41,547 nt of DNA from Acidimicrobiia bacterium. Lineage in GTDB: Bacteria; Acidobacteriota; Terriglobia; Versatilivoradales; Versatilivoraceae. Numbering within the stretch: the first letter of the stretch is position 1; every line of letters starts with the position of its first letter. The notes under the pieces were generated by a model. It searched no databases. It worked only from the letters and a program-made list of their open reading frames with translations, and was not told the DNA's origin. The position numbers were made by a program, and so were the translations under genes. The stretch spans positions 1 to 41,547 of the forward strand of contig VFZK01000003.1 of NCBI GenBank assembly GCA_016871215.1. Direction: 5' to 3'. Below, piece by piece: positions 17,855 to 28,932 of the stretch.

Positions 17855-20803
17855 ATGGTCATGATCCGAGTCCGTCAAGTATTTCTTGCCGTGCTGGCCT
17901 TCGTGCAAACGATGGACAGCAGCTTTGCCAGCACAACGCAAACGAGCTCCGCTGCGGGATTGCAATTCGAAAAAGACGTGCTTCCCGTTTTTCGTCGAAA
18001 TTGCGTGCGCTGCCACGGGTCGCAGCAGACACTGCGCGACCTGGACTTGAGCAGTTTGGCAGGACTCCTGAAGGGTGCCGAGTCAGGCAAGGTCGTAATC
18101 CCGGGGAATGCCGAGGGAAGCAAGCTCTATCGGCTGCTTGCCGAGCGCCGGATGCCAATGGACCAGCCCAAAGCGCTGACGGACGGGGAGATCGAAATCG
18201 TCCGCCGCTGGATCCAAGCGATTGAGCCCCCGTCAACACCGGAACCTGCGGCTGCGAGTGAGACCGAGGTGGTGGCGCTGATGTGGATGCACTGTGCTCC
18301 CTGCCATGGAACCCGGCTGCAGGAAGCGGGGTTAGACCTGCGAATGCGAGCCTCGATGTTAAAGGGAGGGAACTCGGGTCCGGCGATCGTGCCTGGCCAT
18401 CCGGAGCGAAGTTTGCTTTTGAACAAGTTGCGCGAAGGACAGATGCCGCCACCCGCCCGGTATCAGGAAGCTAACGTTCGGCCGGTCGGGGTGCGCAGCG
18501 TGGATCGCTTGGCAGCGTGGATCGCCGCAGGAGCGCCCGAAGAGACCGAGATAACCGTCGAAACCAGGGGCGGGCGCGAGCCCTCGGTTTCAGACAGCGA
18601 CCGAGCGTTTTGGGCTTTTCAGCCACCGCGACCCATAGACCCACCGGTGGTGCGAGACGCGTCGCGCGTGCGTAATCCCATCGATGCGTTCATCCTGGGA
18701 AAGCTTGAGAAGCCAGGCCTGTCTTTGTCCATGGAAGCCGGCCGAGCGGCGCTGTTGCGCCGCGCTTGCCTCGACCTGACCGGCATGCCGCCCGAGCCGG
18801 AAGAAGTGCAAGCGTTCATCGATGATCCTGATCCCCAGGCCTATGACAAACAGGTGGACCGGCTGTTGGCGTCGTCGCGCTATGGGGAGCGCTGGGGCCG
18901 GTATTGGCTCGACTTGGCAGGTTATCGCGATCACCCACAGGCGTGGCGGTATCGCGACTACGTGATTCGTTCGTTCAATGCGGACAAGCCCTACGACCGC
19001 TTTCTGCTGGAACAGCTTGCAGGCGACGAACTGGCCGACTATGAAAACGTCCCGGTGCTGACGCCAGAACACTTGGACAATCTCATCGCCACGGGGTTTC
19101 TGCGGTTGGCCGATGATGCAACCGGTACTCGAGAGAGCAACTACCTGTCCGACCGAATGCAGGTGGTGGCCGATGCGGTGGAAATACTCGGGTCGGCAGT
19201 GATGGGTCTGACGATCGGATGTGCGCGCTGCCACAGCCACAAATTCGACCCGCTGCCGCAGCGCGACTACTACCGGCTCGTCGCGGCGCTGCAAGGGGCC
19301 TATGATATTTACGACTGGCTTCCACCAGCCTTTAGCGACGACCCAGCGCGCAAGATGCTGAACTTCGGCTATCGCTCGCTTCCCTACGTGGCGCCGGCCA
19401 CGAATCCGCTAAAACACGCGGATCTCGAAGCGGCGCGTAAGGCAGCGAACGATGCGTTGGACCGCCAGATCAAAGCCGAGCAAGATGCCCTCGCGCAAAT
19501 GGCCAAACCTCTGCGGGAACGGTTGCTCGAACGGCGCCTGGCAGCATTGCCGGCCGACCTGCATGAAGACCTGCGGACGATGCTGGCGACCCCGGCTAAG
19601 GAGCGCAACGCGTTGCAGAAGTATTTGGCTGAGAAGTTTGGCGCTGCGCTCGAAATCGAGCCCGAGGAACTGATGGCGCTGGATCCCAGTTACCGGCTGG
19701 CCGCTGAGCAGTCAGCGCGCCGGGTAACGACCCTGGAAGCCCGGAAGCAGCCGGAACCACTGTTGCGCGCGCTGTGGGACCGTGGCGAGCCTTCGCCAAC
19801 GTTCGTCTTACAGCGCGGCGACCCGCTCGTCCCTGGCCAGCGGGTCAACGCCGGCGTACCGGCAGTGTTAACCGACGGTAAAACGCCGTTCGTCGACAGA
19901 CCGCCTTGGCCCGGCGCAAAGAAGACCGGACGCCGCGTGGCGCTGGCGCGCTGGCTTGCCGACCCCAAGCACCCGCTCACCGCGCGAGTTATGGTGAACC
20001 GGATCTGGAAGCATCATTTCGGTGAAGGAATCGTGAAGACGCTGGCCGATTTTGGCCGTGCGGGAACTCCACCGTCCCACCCCGAGTTGCTGGATTGGCT
20101 TGCGCAAGAATTCGTGCGGTGCGGTTGGAGCCTCAAGTCCATGCATCGGCTCATGATGACCTCGAGCACCTACCAGCAGGCCTCGAGAGTCACCGCCGAG
20201 CATGAGAAGCGCGACCCGGCAAATGCGCTTTGGTCGCGAATGCCGCTGCAGCGCATGGACGCCGAAGCACTCTACGACAGCCTCCTGGCCGTGTCCAAGC
20301 GCCTGGACGAAACGCTCTACGGACCACCCGATGCCGTCACGACACGCAAAGACGGGCTGTCCATTCCGGCCGAATCGGAGAAGGGCTGGCGGCGCAGCAT
20401 CTACCTGCGGCAGCAGCAACGCTTTGGGCGCGGTGTGCCCAGCTTGCTTGAGGCGTTCGATTTCCCGCAGATGGCTCCCAATTGCACCGAGCGGATCGAA
20501 TCGACCGTCGCCACTCAGGCGTTGCATCTGCTCAACGATGCGATGGTGCGAAGACTGGCCGCGTCACTGGCTCAGCGGGTGCGTGCGGAGGCCGGCAACG
20601 ATTCCGAACGGCAGATTGAACGCGCCTATTTGATTACCGTCAGCCGGCTCCCGACGCGAGAAGAACGCCTTGCGAGTCGCGAGATTCTTAGGCAGCTGGA
20701 GATCGCGTGGGCGCAAGAGCGCAAACCAGAGCAGGCTCAGCATGCTTTGGAAACCCTCTGCCACACCCTGATCAACTCCAGCGCCTTTGTCTACATTGAT
20801 TAG
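17855..20803 (+). CDS. Planctomycete cytochrome c (PSCyt1 x2) + DUF1549 (PSCyt2) + DUF1553 (PSD1) protein
   Basis: CxxCH motifs CVRCH, CAPCH, CARCH; FWAFQPP, NPIDAFI, DLTGMPP, YGERWGRYWLD, HPLTARVMVNRIW, HPELLDWLA, QALHLLN; Sec-type N-terminus. Confidence 0.92.
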   Translation: MVMIRVRQVFLAVLAFVQTMDSSFASTTQTSSAAGLQFEKDVLPVFRRNCVRCHGSQQTLRDLDLSSLAGLLKGAESGKVVIPGNAEGSKLYRLLAERRMPMDQPKALTDGEIEIVRRWIQAIEPPSTPEPAAASETEVVALMWMHCAPCHGTRLQEAGLDLRMRASMLKGGNSGPAIVPGHPERSLLLNKLREGQMPPPARYQEANVRPVGVRSVDRLAAWIAAGAPEETEITVETRGGREPSVSDSDRAFWAFQPPRPIDPPVVRDASRVRNPIDAFILGKLEKPGLSLSMEAGRAALLRRACLDLTGMPPEPEEVQAFIDDPDPQAYDKQVDRLLASSRYGERWGRYWLDLAGYRDHPQAWRYRDYVIRSFNADKPYDRFLLEQLAGDELADYENVPVLTPEHLDNLIATGFLRLADDATGTRESNYLSDRMQVVADAVEILGSAVMGLTIGCARCHSHKFDPLPQRDYYRLVAALQGAYDIYDWLPPAFSDDPARKMLNFGYRSLPYVAPATNPLKHADLEAARKAANDALDRQIKAEQDALAQMAKPLRERLLERRLAALPADLHEDLRTMLATPAKERNALQKYLAEKFGAALEIEPEELMALDPSYRLAAEQSARRVTTLEARKQPEPLLRALWDRGEPSPTFVLQRGDPLVPGQRVNAGVPAVLTDGKTPFVDRPPWPGAKKTGRRVALARWLADPKHPLTARVMVNRIWKHHFGEGIVKTLADFGRAGTPPSHPELLDWLAQEFVRCGWSLKSMHRLMMTSSTYQQASRVTAEHEKRDPANALWSRMPLQRMDAEALYDSLLAVSKRLDETLYGPPDAVTTRKDGLSIPAESEKGWRRSIYLRQQQRFGRGVPSLLEAFDFPQMAPNCTERIESTVATQALHLLNDAMVRRLAASLAQRVRAEAGNDSERQIERAYLITVSRLPTREERLASREILRQLEIAWAQERKPEQAQHALETLCHTLINSSAFVYID

Positions 20804-20825
20804 CCTGGGTGAGGAGGTGGAAACC

Positions 20826-22334
20826 ATGGCAGAGTGCACCAACAATCGTGACTCTGATCTCTTCACCCGCCGCAGTTTCTTCGGCCAGATGCCGCTCGGG
20901 ATCTATGCAGCCGCCCTCACGCATCTATTGGGTCGAGACCTCAGGAGCAGCTCGGGCCTGACCGAGGCCAAAGCTCGGGAGGGTCGGTTCGATCTGAACC
21001 CACGGCCTCCACATTTCACCCCAAAAGCGAAAGCGGTCATCGAACTGTTCATGAACGGCGGTCCCAGCCAGATGGACTTGTTCGACCCCAAGCCCGTCTT
21101 GGACAAACATCACGGAGAACCTTACCTTCACAAGCTCAACTCAGGCGAAGTCGCCGATCCTCATCAGGCTGGCGGACTGCTGCGCAGCCCCTTCCGCTTC
21201 GCCCAGCACGGAGAATCTGGAATCTGGCTGTCAGAAGTGCTGCCCCACCTGGCGCAGCAAGTAGATCAGATCGCGGTGATCCGTTCGATGCACACCACCA
21301 GCAACGTGCATCCGATGGCCACCAAGATCTTCCATACGGGCCGCAGCGTGGCTGGTCGAGCGACTCTGGGCTCCTGGGTCGTCTATGCCCTGGGCAACGA
21401 AAGTCAGAACCTGCCAGCGTTTGTGGTGCTCGACGATCCGCTCGGGCTGCCAGTCGATGGAACGACAGGGTGGCAATCTGGCTTTCTGCCTCCGGTTTTT
21501 CAAGGCACGCGCATGCGAGCCGAGGGTTCGCCCATCCTGAACCTGCAACCCGAAGAGGACCAGCCCGCCAAGGTGGCAGCGTTGCAGCGGGATCTGCTCC
21601 AGCGCCTGGACCGAATCCACCGGGCAGACCGCCCACGGCAACTGAGGCTGGAGGCGCGCATGGCGAGCTACGAACTGGCGGCACGCATGCAGCTCACTGC
21701 CAGCAACGCTCTAGACTTGAGCCAGGAAAGTCCGCAGACGCTCGCGATGTACGGCGTAGGCGAGAAGGCGGTGTATCATGGCCGCCTGCACCCCATCGAA
21801 GGCAAAGACTCCTATGCGCGACGCTGCATCATGGCGCGGCGCTTGGTCGAGCGGGGCGTACGCTTTGTGCAAATCATGATCAATTCGCAGCACTGGGACA
21901 CTCACTCGCACGGAGAGAATGACCTGCGCGCGGCCTGCGAAAAGACTGACAAGCCCGTGGCTGCGTTGCTCAAAGACCTGAAGCAACGCGGACTGCTGGA
22001 CAGCACGCTGGTGATCTGGGCAGGAGAGTTCGGACGTCTGCCCATTTCGCAGTTCCAGGCAGGCGCTAACTCGGAGCCTGGCCGTGATCACAACCAGCAT
22101 GCGTTCAGTTTGTGGATGGCCGGCGGTGGCATCAAAGGTGGCACGGTCTACGGAACCACCGACGAGATTGGCTACAAAGTCGCCGAAAACCCAGTCAGCG
22201 TTGCTGATTTTCACGCGACCGTTCTTCATCTCTTGGGTTTGCACCACGAAGACCTGTTTTTCGAACGTAGTGGCTTTAAGGAGAGAATCACCTTTACGGA
22301 GACGCCCCGCATCGTCCGCGAAGTCCTTGCATGA
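20826..22334 (+). CDS. DUF1501 domain protein (Tat signal; alkaline phosphatase/sulfatase-like clan)
   Basis: TRRSFF; FMNGGPSQMDLFDPKP, ARRLVERGVRFVQ, WDTH, GEFGR, GRDH, AGGGIKGG; GAGGAGG RBS. Confidence 0.92.
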   Translation: MAECTNNRDSDLFTRRSFFGQMPLGIYAAALTHLLGRDLRSSSGLTEAKAREGRFDLNPRPPHFTPKAKAVIELFMNGGPSQMDLFDPKPVLDKHHGEPYLHKLNSGEVADPHQAGGLLRSPFRFAQHGESGIWLSEVLPHLAQQVDQIAVIRSMHTTSNVHPMATKIFHTGRSVAGRATLGSWVVYALGNESQNLPAFVVLDDPLGLPVDGTTGWQSGFLPPVFQGTRMRAEGSPILNLQPEEDQPAKVAALQRDLLQRLDRIHRADRPRQLRLEARMASYELAARMQLTASNALDLSQESPQTLAMYGVGEKAVYHGRLHPIEGKDSYARRCIMARRLVERGVRFVQIMINSQHWDTHSHGENDLRAACEKTDKPVAALLKDLKQRGLLDSTLVIWAGEFGRLPISQFQAGANSEPGRDHNQHAFSLWMAGGGIKGGTVYGTTDEIGYKVAENPVSVADFHATVLHLLGLHHEDLFFERSGFKERITFTETPRIVREVLA

Positions 22335-22513
22335 AGCAGGCCTGAGCGCAGCCAGAGGCTCTCTGAAGTTCTCTGACCAACGCGCTGGCCCAGGCAAAGC
22401 CCTGCTGACGCCAGGCGTACTGACTTGACGTTGGGCGGAGGTTTGGGAACCCGGCCGCCAGGAAGCGGTCGGAATTCGCTCGGGTGGACGGAGCTTGGCC
22501 TAAGGAGAATCGT

Positions 22514-23512
22514 GTGAAACTCGGAGTCAACTCCTATTTTCTGTTGCGCTGGTTCGGATTTGAAGAAGCGCTCCAATTCGTTCAAAGCCAGGGTGTGACC
22601 GCCATCGAAATCGCCGTCGACGAATCCGAACAGACCCGCCGTTTCTGCGATGTGGACGCGCTCTTGGCTGACCGAGACGCGCTTCATCGCTGGCTCGATG
22701 TTTTGCAAAGCCATGGTCTCGCCATCAGCGCGTTTTGTGCCCATGGCGACCCGCTGTCTCCAGACAGAGATGTGGCGAACGCCTACACCCAATTCTTTCG
22801 AAAGGTGTGCCAGCTCGCAGAAGCCGCCAAGGTCGACCGAATCGTCGTGATCAGCGGCATTCCAGAAGGCGCCGCCGGCGAGATCTCCCGCTGTTGGGTG
22901 GTCGACTCCGCTCGCGCGTCCAACCGCAACATTCTGCGCTGGCAGTGGGAACAACGCCTAGTTCCCTACTGGCAGCAGCAGGCCAAGGTCGCACGCGACC
23001 ATGGATGCCTGATTTGCGTCGAGCCTCAGATTGGAGAATTGGTTTACTCGCCAGGCACGCTGATGAAACTTCGCCAAGCCATTGGACCGGTGATCGGCTG
23101 CAACCTCGATCCTTCCCACATGTTCGTGCAGCAAATCGACCTGTTCGAAGCGATCCGCTTCCTCGGAAACGCGATCTATCACGTACACATCAAGGATACG
23201 CGTTTCGACACTGCCAGGCTGAAGCTGCAGGGCATCCTCGACAACACGTCCTACCTGCGGCCTGAAGAGCGGTCCTGGATGTTTACGATTGTCGGCTGGG
23301 GGCACGACCAGCGATTCTGGGAGGACTTCGTGACCACACTCCGTTTCGCCGGTTACGAAGGCTCTCTTTCCATCGAAATGGAAAGCGAGTACATCAGCGT
23401 CAAAGAGGGTCTGGAAAAATCCATCGCATTCCTGAAGCCGCTCGTCCTGCAGGAGCCGCCAGGCACCAAGTGGTGGCAGCATGCCGGGCTCGGTACATTC
23501 GAGGAGGACTAA
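22514..23512 (+). CDS. Sugar phosphate isomerase/epimerase (xylose-isomerase-like TIM barrel)
   Basis: ICVEPQ, NLDPSH, HVHIKD, LSIEME metal-ligand pattern; GTG start after AAGGAG. Confidence 0.88.
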   Translation: MKLGVNSYFLLRWFGFEEALQFVQSQGVTAIEIAVDESEQTRRFCDVDALLADRDALHRWLDVLQSHGLAISAFCAHGDPLSPDRDVANAYTQFFRKVCQLAEAAKVDRIVVISGIPEGAAGEISRCWVVDSARASNRNILRWQWEQRLVPYWQQQAKVARDHGCLICVEPQIGELVYSPGTLMKLRQAIGPVIGCNLDPSHMFVQQIDLFEAIRFLGNAIYHVHIKDTRFDTARLKLQGILDNTSYLRPEERSWMFTIVGWGHDQRFWEDFVTTLRFAGYEGSLSIEMESEYISVKEGLEKSIAFLKPLVLQEPPGTKWWQHAGLGTFEED

Positions 23513-24262
23513 ATGGCAGTCAACGTAGAGTGGGTGGGACATGCCTGTTTCCGGGTATGGCGTGACGGCGGTCCAACGATCGTGATGGACCCTTACGATC
23601 TGGCAACGCTGGAGAAGTTCGGCCTGCCGAAAGGCAGCCCCCAACTGGAGGGCGACATCGTCATCGTGAGTTCTTTGACCGACAAGGCTCACGGAGAGCC
23701 GGCTCGCGTTCGAGGCACGCCGCGCGTTGTCAATGCGCTCGACGTGGCCCTGCGCCGCTCGGAAGCGGAAATCGATGGCAGCCGGCTAATTGCTGTACCC
23801 GCGGCTGAAGCGCCCCACCATCCGGATGGCCCACAAGACAACGCACTCTACGCCTTGCAGGTAGGAGGACTCTGGGTAATGCACATGGGCGATTTGGGGT
23901 ACGGACTATCCGCTGAAGAGTTGGCTCCGTTTCGGGATCACTGCGACGTGTTGCTCGCCCTGGTCGGTGGCGGTCTCACGATCCCGCTCGCTGATCTCGA
24001 CTTCGTGATCGACTACCTCAAGCCCAAGTGGATCGTTCCGATGCACTACGAACTGCCACCCTTGAGGGCCAAAATGCTGCCGGTCGGAGACTTCCTGGCC
24101 CGGCATGCGCAGCATCCGCTGGTCTACCCGCGCCGTAGTGCGGTGAAGTTCCCGCTCGAGACACCTGGCATGGGAAGCCCCGTGATTCTTGTGCTTGAGC
24201 CGTCAGGCTACCGCGCGGAGCCCCAAAGCCAGCTGGAGACCGTTTCCGCAGCCGGGGCTTGA
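23513..24262 (+). CDS. Metallo-beta-lactamase-fold protein (UlaG/UPF0173-like) with degenerate metal motif
   Basis: WVGHACF, IVMDPY, HMGDLG, PKWIVPMHY; start codon directly follows the upstream stop. Confidence 0.82.
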   Translation: MAVNVEWVGHACFRVWRDGGPTIVMDPYDLATLEKFGLPKGSPQLEGDIVIVSSLTDKAHGEPARVRGTPRVVNALDVALRRSEAEIDGSRLIAVPAAEAPHHPDGPQDNALYALQVGGLWVMHMGDLGYGLSAEELAPFRDHCDVLLALVGGGLTIPLADLDFVIDYLKPKWIVPMHYELPPLRAKMLPVGDFLARHAQHPLVYPRRSAVKFPLETPGMGSPVILVLEPSGYRAEPQSQLETVSAAGA

Positions 24263-24310
24263 GGCCAAGCGTTGCCGAACAGCGGCAGCGTCGCTTTGTT
24301 CTACCAGGGA

Positions 24311-24970
24311 CTACGGATTGACGAATTCAAAGCGCCCAAACGAAAAGGGAATGTGGAAGTCGGGTTCAACCACGTTCGGGTTTACCCAGGCCTGCCACAG
24401 CATCTTCAGCTCTCCAGTCTTGAGCAAACTGAAATCTGCCCTGTAGACACCCGTGATCCATTCGAATCCAGAACTTGAGAATGGGAAACCCAACTCCTTC
24501 ATCGATTGGAACGGGATCGCGAGCTCGACCACGTATCCGTCCTGCCGCATAGCAGTCGCCACGCGCAACTCTGCCAGCTTCCAACCGAAATCGAACTTGC
24601 GGTGGTAGTGGGCTCGGTAATCCAATACGAGTCCTTGAGGGTCGATTTCGAAGCAGTAATACTCCTTCAGCTCTGGGTCGAGTGCGAAGAACATCTCGAC
24701 CCGATCGTGGTCGACCACGGCCATTTTCCCTTGGTGCGCCGGGTCGGTTCGGGTGACCACATCCCCGTCCCAAACGCGAAACGCGCCGTAAAGGTAAGCG
24801 TCATCCCAAAGAAAGCGGCACTCGGTGGCTTGCACCTCGTCCCGGCTCCACGGCAGGGTCAGCTCGGGAAGCAGCAGCGCTTTCGCCCAAGCTGCCTCAT
24901 CCAGTGAACCGTCTACGTTTACTTTTTCTGTGGTGCGCAGCACGCGATAGGAAGCATTCTTGGAATCCAT
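24311..24970 (-). CDS. Carbohydrate-binding family 9-like (DOMON-like) protein
   Basis: VDGSLDEAAW, LWDDAYLY, DRVEMFF, YYCFEIDP, YVVELAIPF, PDFH; ATG 24970 with GGAG RBS. Confidence 0.82.
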   Translation of the reverse strand: MDSKNASYRVLRTTEKVNVDGSLDEAAWAKALLLPELTLPWSRDEVQATECRFLWDDAYLYGAFRVWDGDVVTRTDPAHQGKMAVVDHDRVEMFFALDPELKEYYCFEIDPQGLVLDYRAHYHRKFDFGWKLAELRVATAMRQDGYVVELAIPFQSMKELGFPFSSSGFEWITGVYRADFSLLKTGELKMLWQAWVNPNVVEPDFHIPFSFGRFEFVNP

Positions 24971-25186
24971 AGCACTCCACGGTTGCCTGGGACTGTCGCC
25001 CAGGAACTTCATTGTTGGCAGGATTTGGGGCCGTCGTGCGGCAGACAGCTCCCTGAAAAAAGACTGCACGCCGACGGAACGGGCTCTGGGATTTGGATTG
25101 TAGGTCCTTCCCCGCTAGAATATCGTCCGCCGACAGTTTATGCTAACTTCCGTTACACTTGCCAGAAAGAGACCGAGAGGTATGCG

Positions 25187-26299
25187 ATGATCGAACTGAT
25201 TGAGAGCCACGTCGTCTACGAGAATCCCAAGCCCAAAGTGCGCAGCCGGCATGGCTATTTCCCAGGTGTCGTGCAGCTCCCTTCCGGAGAACTGCTCGCT
25301 CTTTTCGTCATGGGCGAAGCGTTCGAATCCGCTGACCAGTCGACCTACGTTTCCCGGTCCGGGGATTTGGGAAAAACCTGGCGGCTGCAGGGACCTTTGT
25401 ACAACAAGTGCCTGGACCCTCTTCCCACGAGCGACTACTTCAAGCCACAGGTGCTGAAAGACGGAAGTCTGATCGCGTTGGGATACCGATTCCACCGGCA
25501 CGATCCTGAGCAGCCCATTGCGATCGAAGAAACCGACGGCGCGCTGCCCGGAGATGATGTTGTTTCGTTTTCTGACGATGGGGGCCGCACCTGGAATGCG
25601 CCTCGCGTCATCGAGAGAAGTATTCCAGAGTTGTTGGAGATTGCCAGCCGCTGCCTGCAATTGTCGTCTGGCGACATCGTCGCTACGGCTGGACTCTTCA
25701 GGCTGCCGGATGGAAGTAATCCCAGCGGCCAGTTTGGCGTGTTCCTGCGCAGCCAAGACGGTGGCAAGACTTGGAACGACCGCGTACGCTTCTATGAGGC
25801 TCCCAGCAAGACCGTGGCGGCTTACGAGTCCCACGTCTGCGAAATGCAGCCGGGGCGGCTGGTGGCCATCTGTTGGGCTTTGGATATGGCGACCGGGCAA
25901 CATCTGCCCAACCAGGTCACGGTCTCACATGACTATGGCTACCACTGGTCCACGCCGATCAACACGGGTCACACAGGACAATCGTCGAACCTGCTGTACC
26001 TGGGCGGGGATCGCCTGCTGAGCATCCATTGCCATCGAGGCCACGATGTCGGCATGTATGTGAGGCAGATCGACTTCAGCGGCGACCGCTGGAGACCCGT
26101 CGAGGAAAGCAACATCTGGGGAACATCGATCGGCCAGCAAACGCGAGACGGACAGAAGTTTCACGAATTCGCCAGCTCCATCCGCTTTGGCCAAGCCTCA
26201 TTGTTACGCCTGAGCAATGCGGACATCCTCGCCACCCACTGGTGCGTTCTCGACGGTCAAGGAAAGATCGTGACTCACCGGCTTCGAGTCACCGGCTGA
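25187..26299 (+). CDS. Sialidase-like BNR/Asp-box protein, no signal peptide
   Basis: Asp boxes SGDLGKTW, SDDGGRTW, SQDGGKTW, SHDYGYHW; ATG 25187 after GAGG. Confidence 0.82.
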   Translation: MIELIESHVVYENPKPKVRSRHGYFPGVVQLPSGELLALFVMGEAFESADQSTYVSRSGDLGKTWRLQGPLYNKCLDPLPTSDYFKPQVLKDGSLIALGYRFHRHDPEQPIAIEETDGALPGDDVVSFSDDGGRTWNAPRVIERSIPELLEIASRCLQLSSGDIVATAGLFRLPDGSNPSGQFGVFLRSQDGGKTWNDRVRFYEAPSKTVAAYESHVCEMQPGRLVAICWALDMATGQHLPNQVTVSHDYGYHWSTPINTGHTGQSSNLLYLGGDRLLSIHCHRGHDVGMYVRQIDFSGDRWRPVEESNIWGTSIGQQTRDGQKFHEFASSIRFGQASLLRLSNADILATHWCVLDGQGKIVTHRLRVTG

Positions 26300-26414
26300 A
26301 CGATCGCTCCAGCTTCGGTCTCGGTTCGGTCGTGCTCGTCGTCAGCTTTTAGTTTCGACCAGCGCTGCGATCGTTGAGTGCGTTGTTCGCACCGCGTTCG
26401 CTAGCAACCCATCG

Positions 26415-27707
<1,293 letters not shown>

Positions 27708-28568
27708 TCAGCGCGTCTCCTGGAGTTTCTCCGTCAAAGCGTCTTCGAGGTGGCACCGGTGCTCTGCGAGCGCCTGCCTTTCTTGGACCCAGTACGTTTT
27801 GTTTCGACGGTCGAGAGTGCTGAAATCAACTTCGTGAGCATTGAATTCAGGACCCTCGACACACACGAACACCGTTCTTGCTCCGACCGTTGCACGGCAA
27901 CCTCCACACATTCCGGTTCCATCAATCATCACCGGATTCAGACTGACGACGGTCGGAATTCCGATGTCCCGAGTGACGTCAGCGACCGCACTCATCATCG
28001 GTATCGGACCGACTGCAAGGACAAAATCGATTCGTCTCGTTGCAATCAATTCCTTCAACTGGCCGGTGACAAACCCACGCCTGCCGTAGCTGCCATCGTC
28101 GGTGGTGACGAAAACCTCATCGCAAGCTCTTCTCATTTCGTCTTCGAGAATCACGAAATCTCTTGACCGGCCGCCAATGATGGAGATGGTGTGATTGCCA
28201 GCCTCCTTAAGCGCAACAGCGGTTGGATATGCGATCGCCGCTCCAACTCCCCCTCCAATGCTGATAGCTGTTCCGAAGTTCTCGATGTGAGACGGTCTGC
28301 CCAGCGGGCCGACAACGTCTGAAATGAACTCGCCGGCTCCGAGTGCATTGAGCTGTTTTGTCGTCTTGCCGATTCCCTGTACGATGATCGTCACGGTTCC
28401 TTTGGACGCGTCAGAGTCGGCTATGGTGAGGGGTATTCGTTCTCCCTCATCGTCAATTCTGATGATGACAAACTGGCCAGGCTTTCTTTTCAAGGCAATC
28501 TTCGGTGCCTCGACTTCAAATCGCTTGATCTCTGGAGCCAGAAATACCGCAGACAAGATCTTGTGCAT
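27708..28568 (-). CDS. nfnA: NfnA/SudB (PyrK-like FAD/NAD-binding, 2Fe-2S) subunit
   Basis: PGQFVI, ERIPLTIAD, GGGVG, TDDGSYG, GPIPMM, and MIDGTGMCGGCR...CVEGPEF with the Asp-for-Cys ligand typical of NfnA. Confidence 0.9.
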   Translation of the reverse strand: MHKILSAVFLAPEIKRFEVEAPKIALKRKPGQFVIIRIDDEGERIPLTIADSDASKGTVTIIVQGIGKTTKQLNALGAGEFISDVVGPLGRPSHIENFGTAISIGGGVGAAIAYPTAVALKEAGNHTISIIGGRSRDFVILEDEMRRACDEVFVTTDDGSYGRRGFVTGQLKELIATRRIDFVLAVGPIPMMSAVADVTRDIGIPTVVSLNPVMIDGTGMCGGCRATVGARTVFVCVEGPEFNAHEVDFSTLDRRNKTYWVQERQALAEHRCHLEDALTEKLQETR

Positions 28569-28932
28569 GTGAGCACTTGCTCCTCATCATTGACCTCCGC
28601 ATGAAGTTCATAGAACGATGTCGCGCTTCGCCTCGTTCAGAATCACTCAGACTGGCCCCGCATCCACGACCGACATCGAAAACGGGGGCTGAAGCGCTTC
28701 GTCCTCCCAGCCACACATTATTTTAGATCGGCAGAAGCATGGGTAGAAGTCTCAAGTTTGTCTGGCTCTCTGGCCGAGGGCAGGCGAGAAGACGGCGTCA
28801 TGCCTGTAGCGATTTCCAGCCCGTGGCGCAATTTCGCGCTGCGGTCGCGTCGGTACGTCGATCGTTTCGAACTCCGCCAACGGCTCACAGGCTTGCGCTT
28901 GAATCGTGCCCATTCTTTGGACAGGCAGTTGC

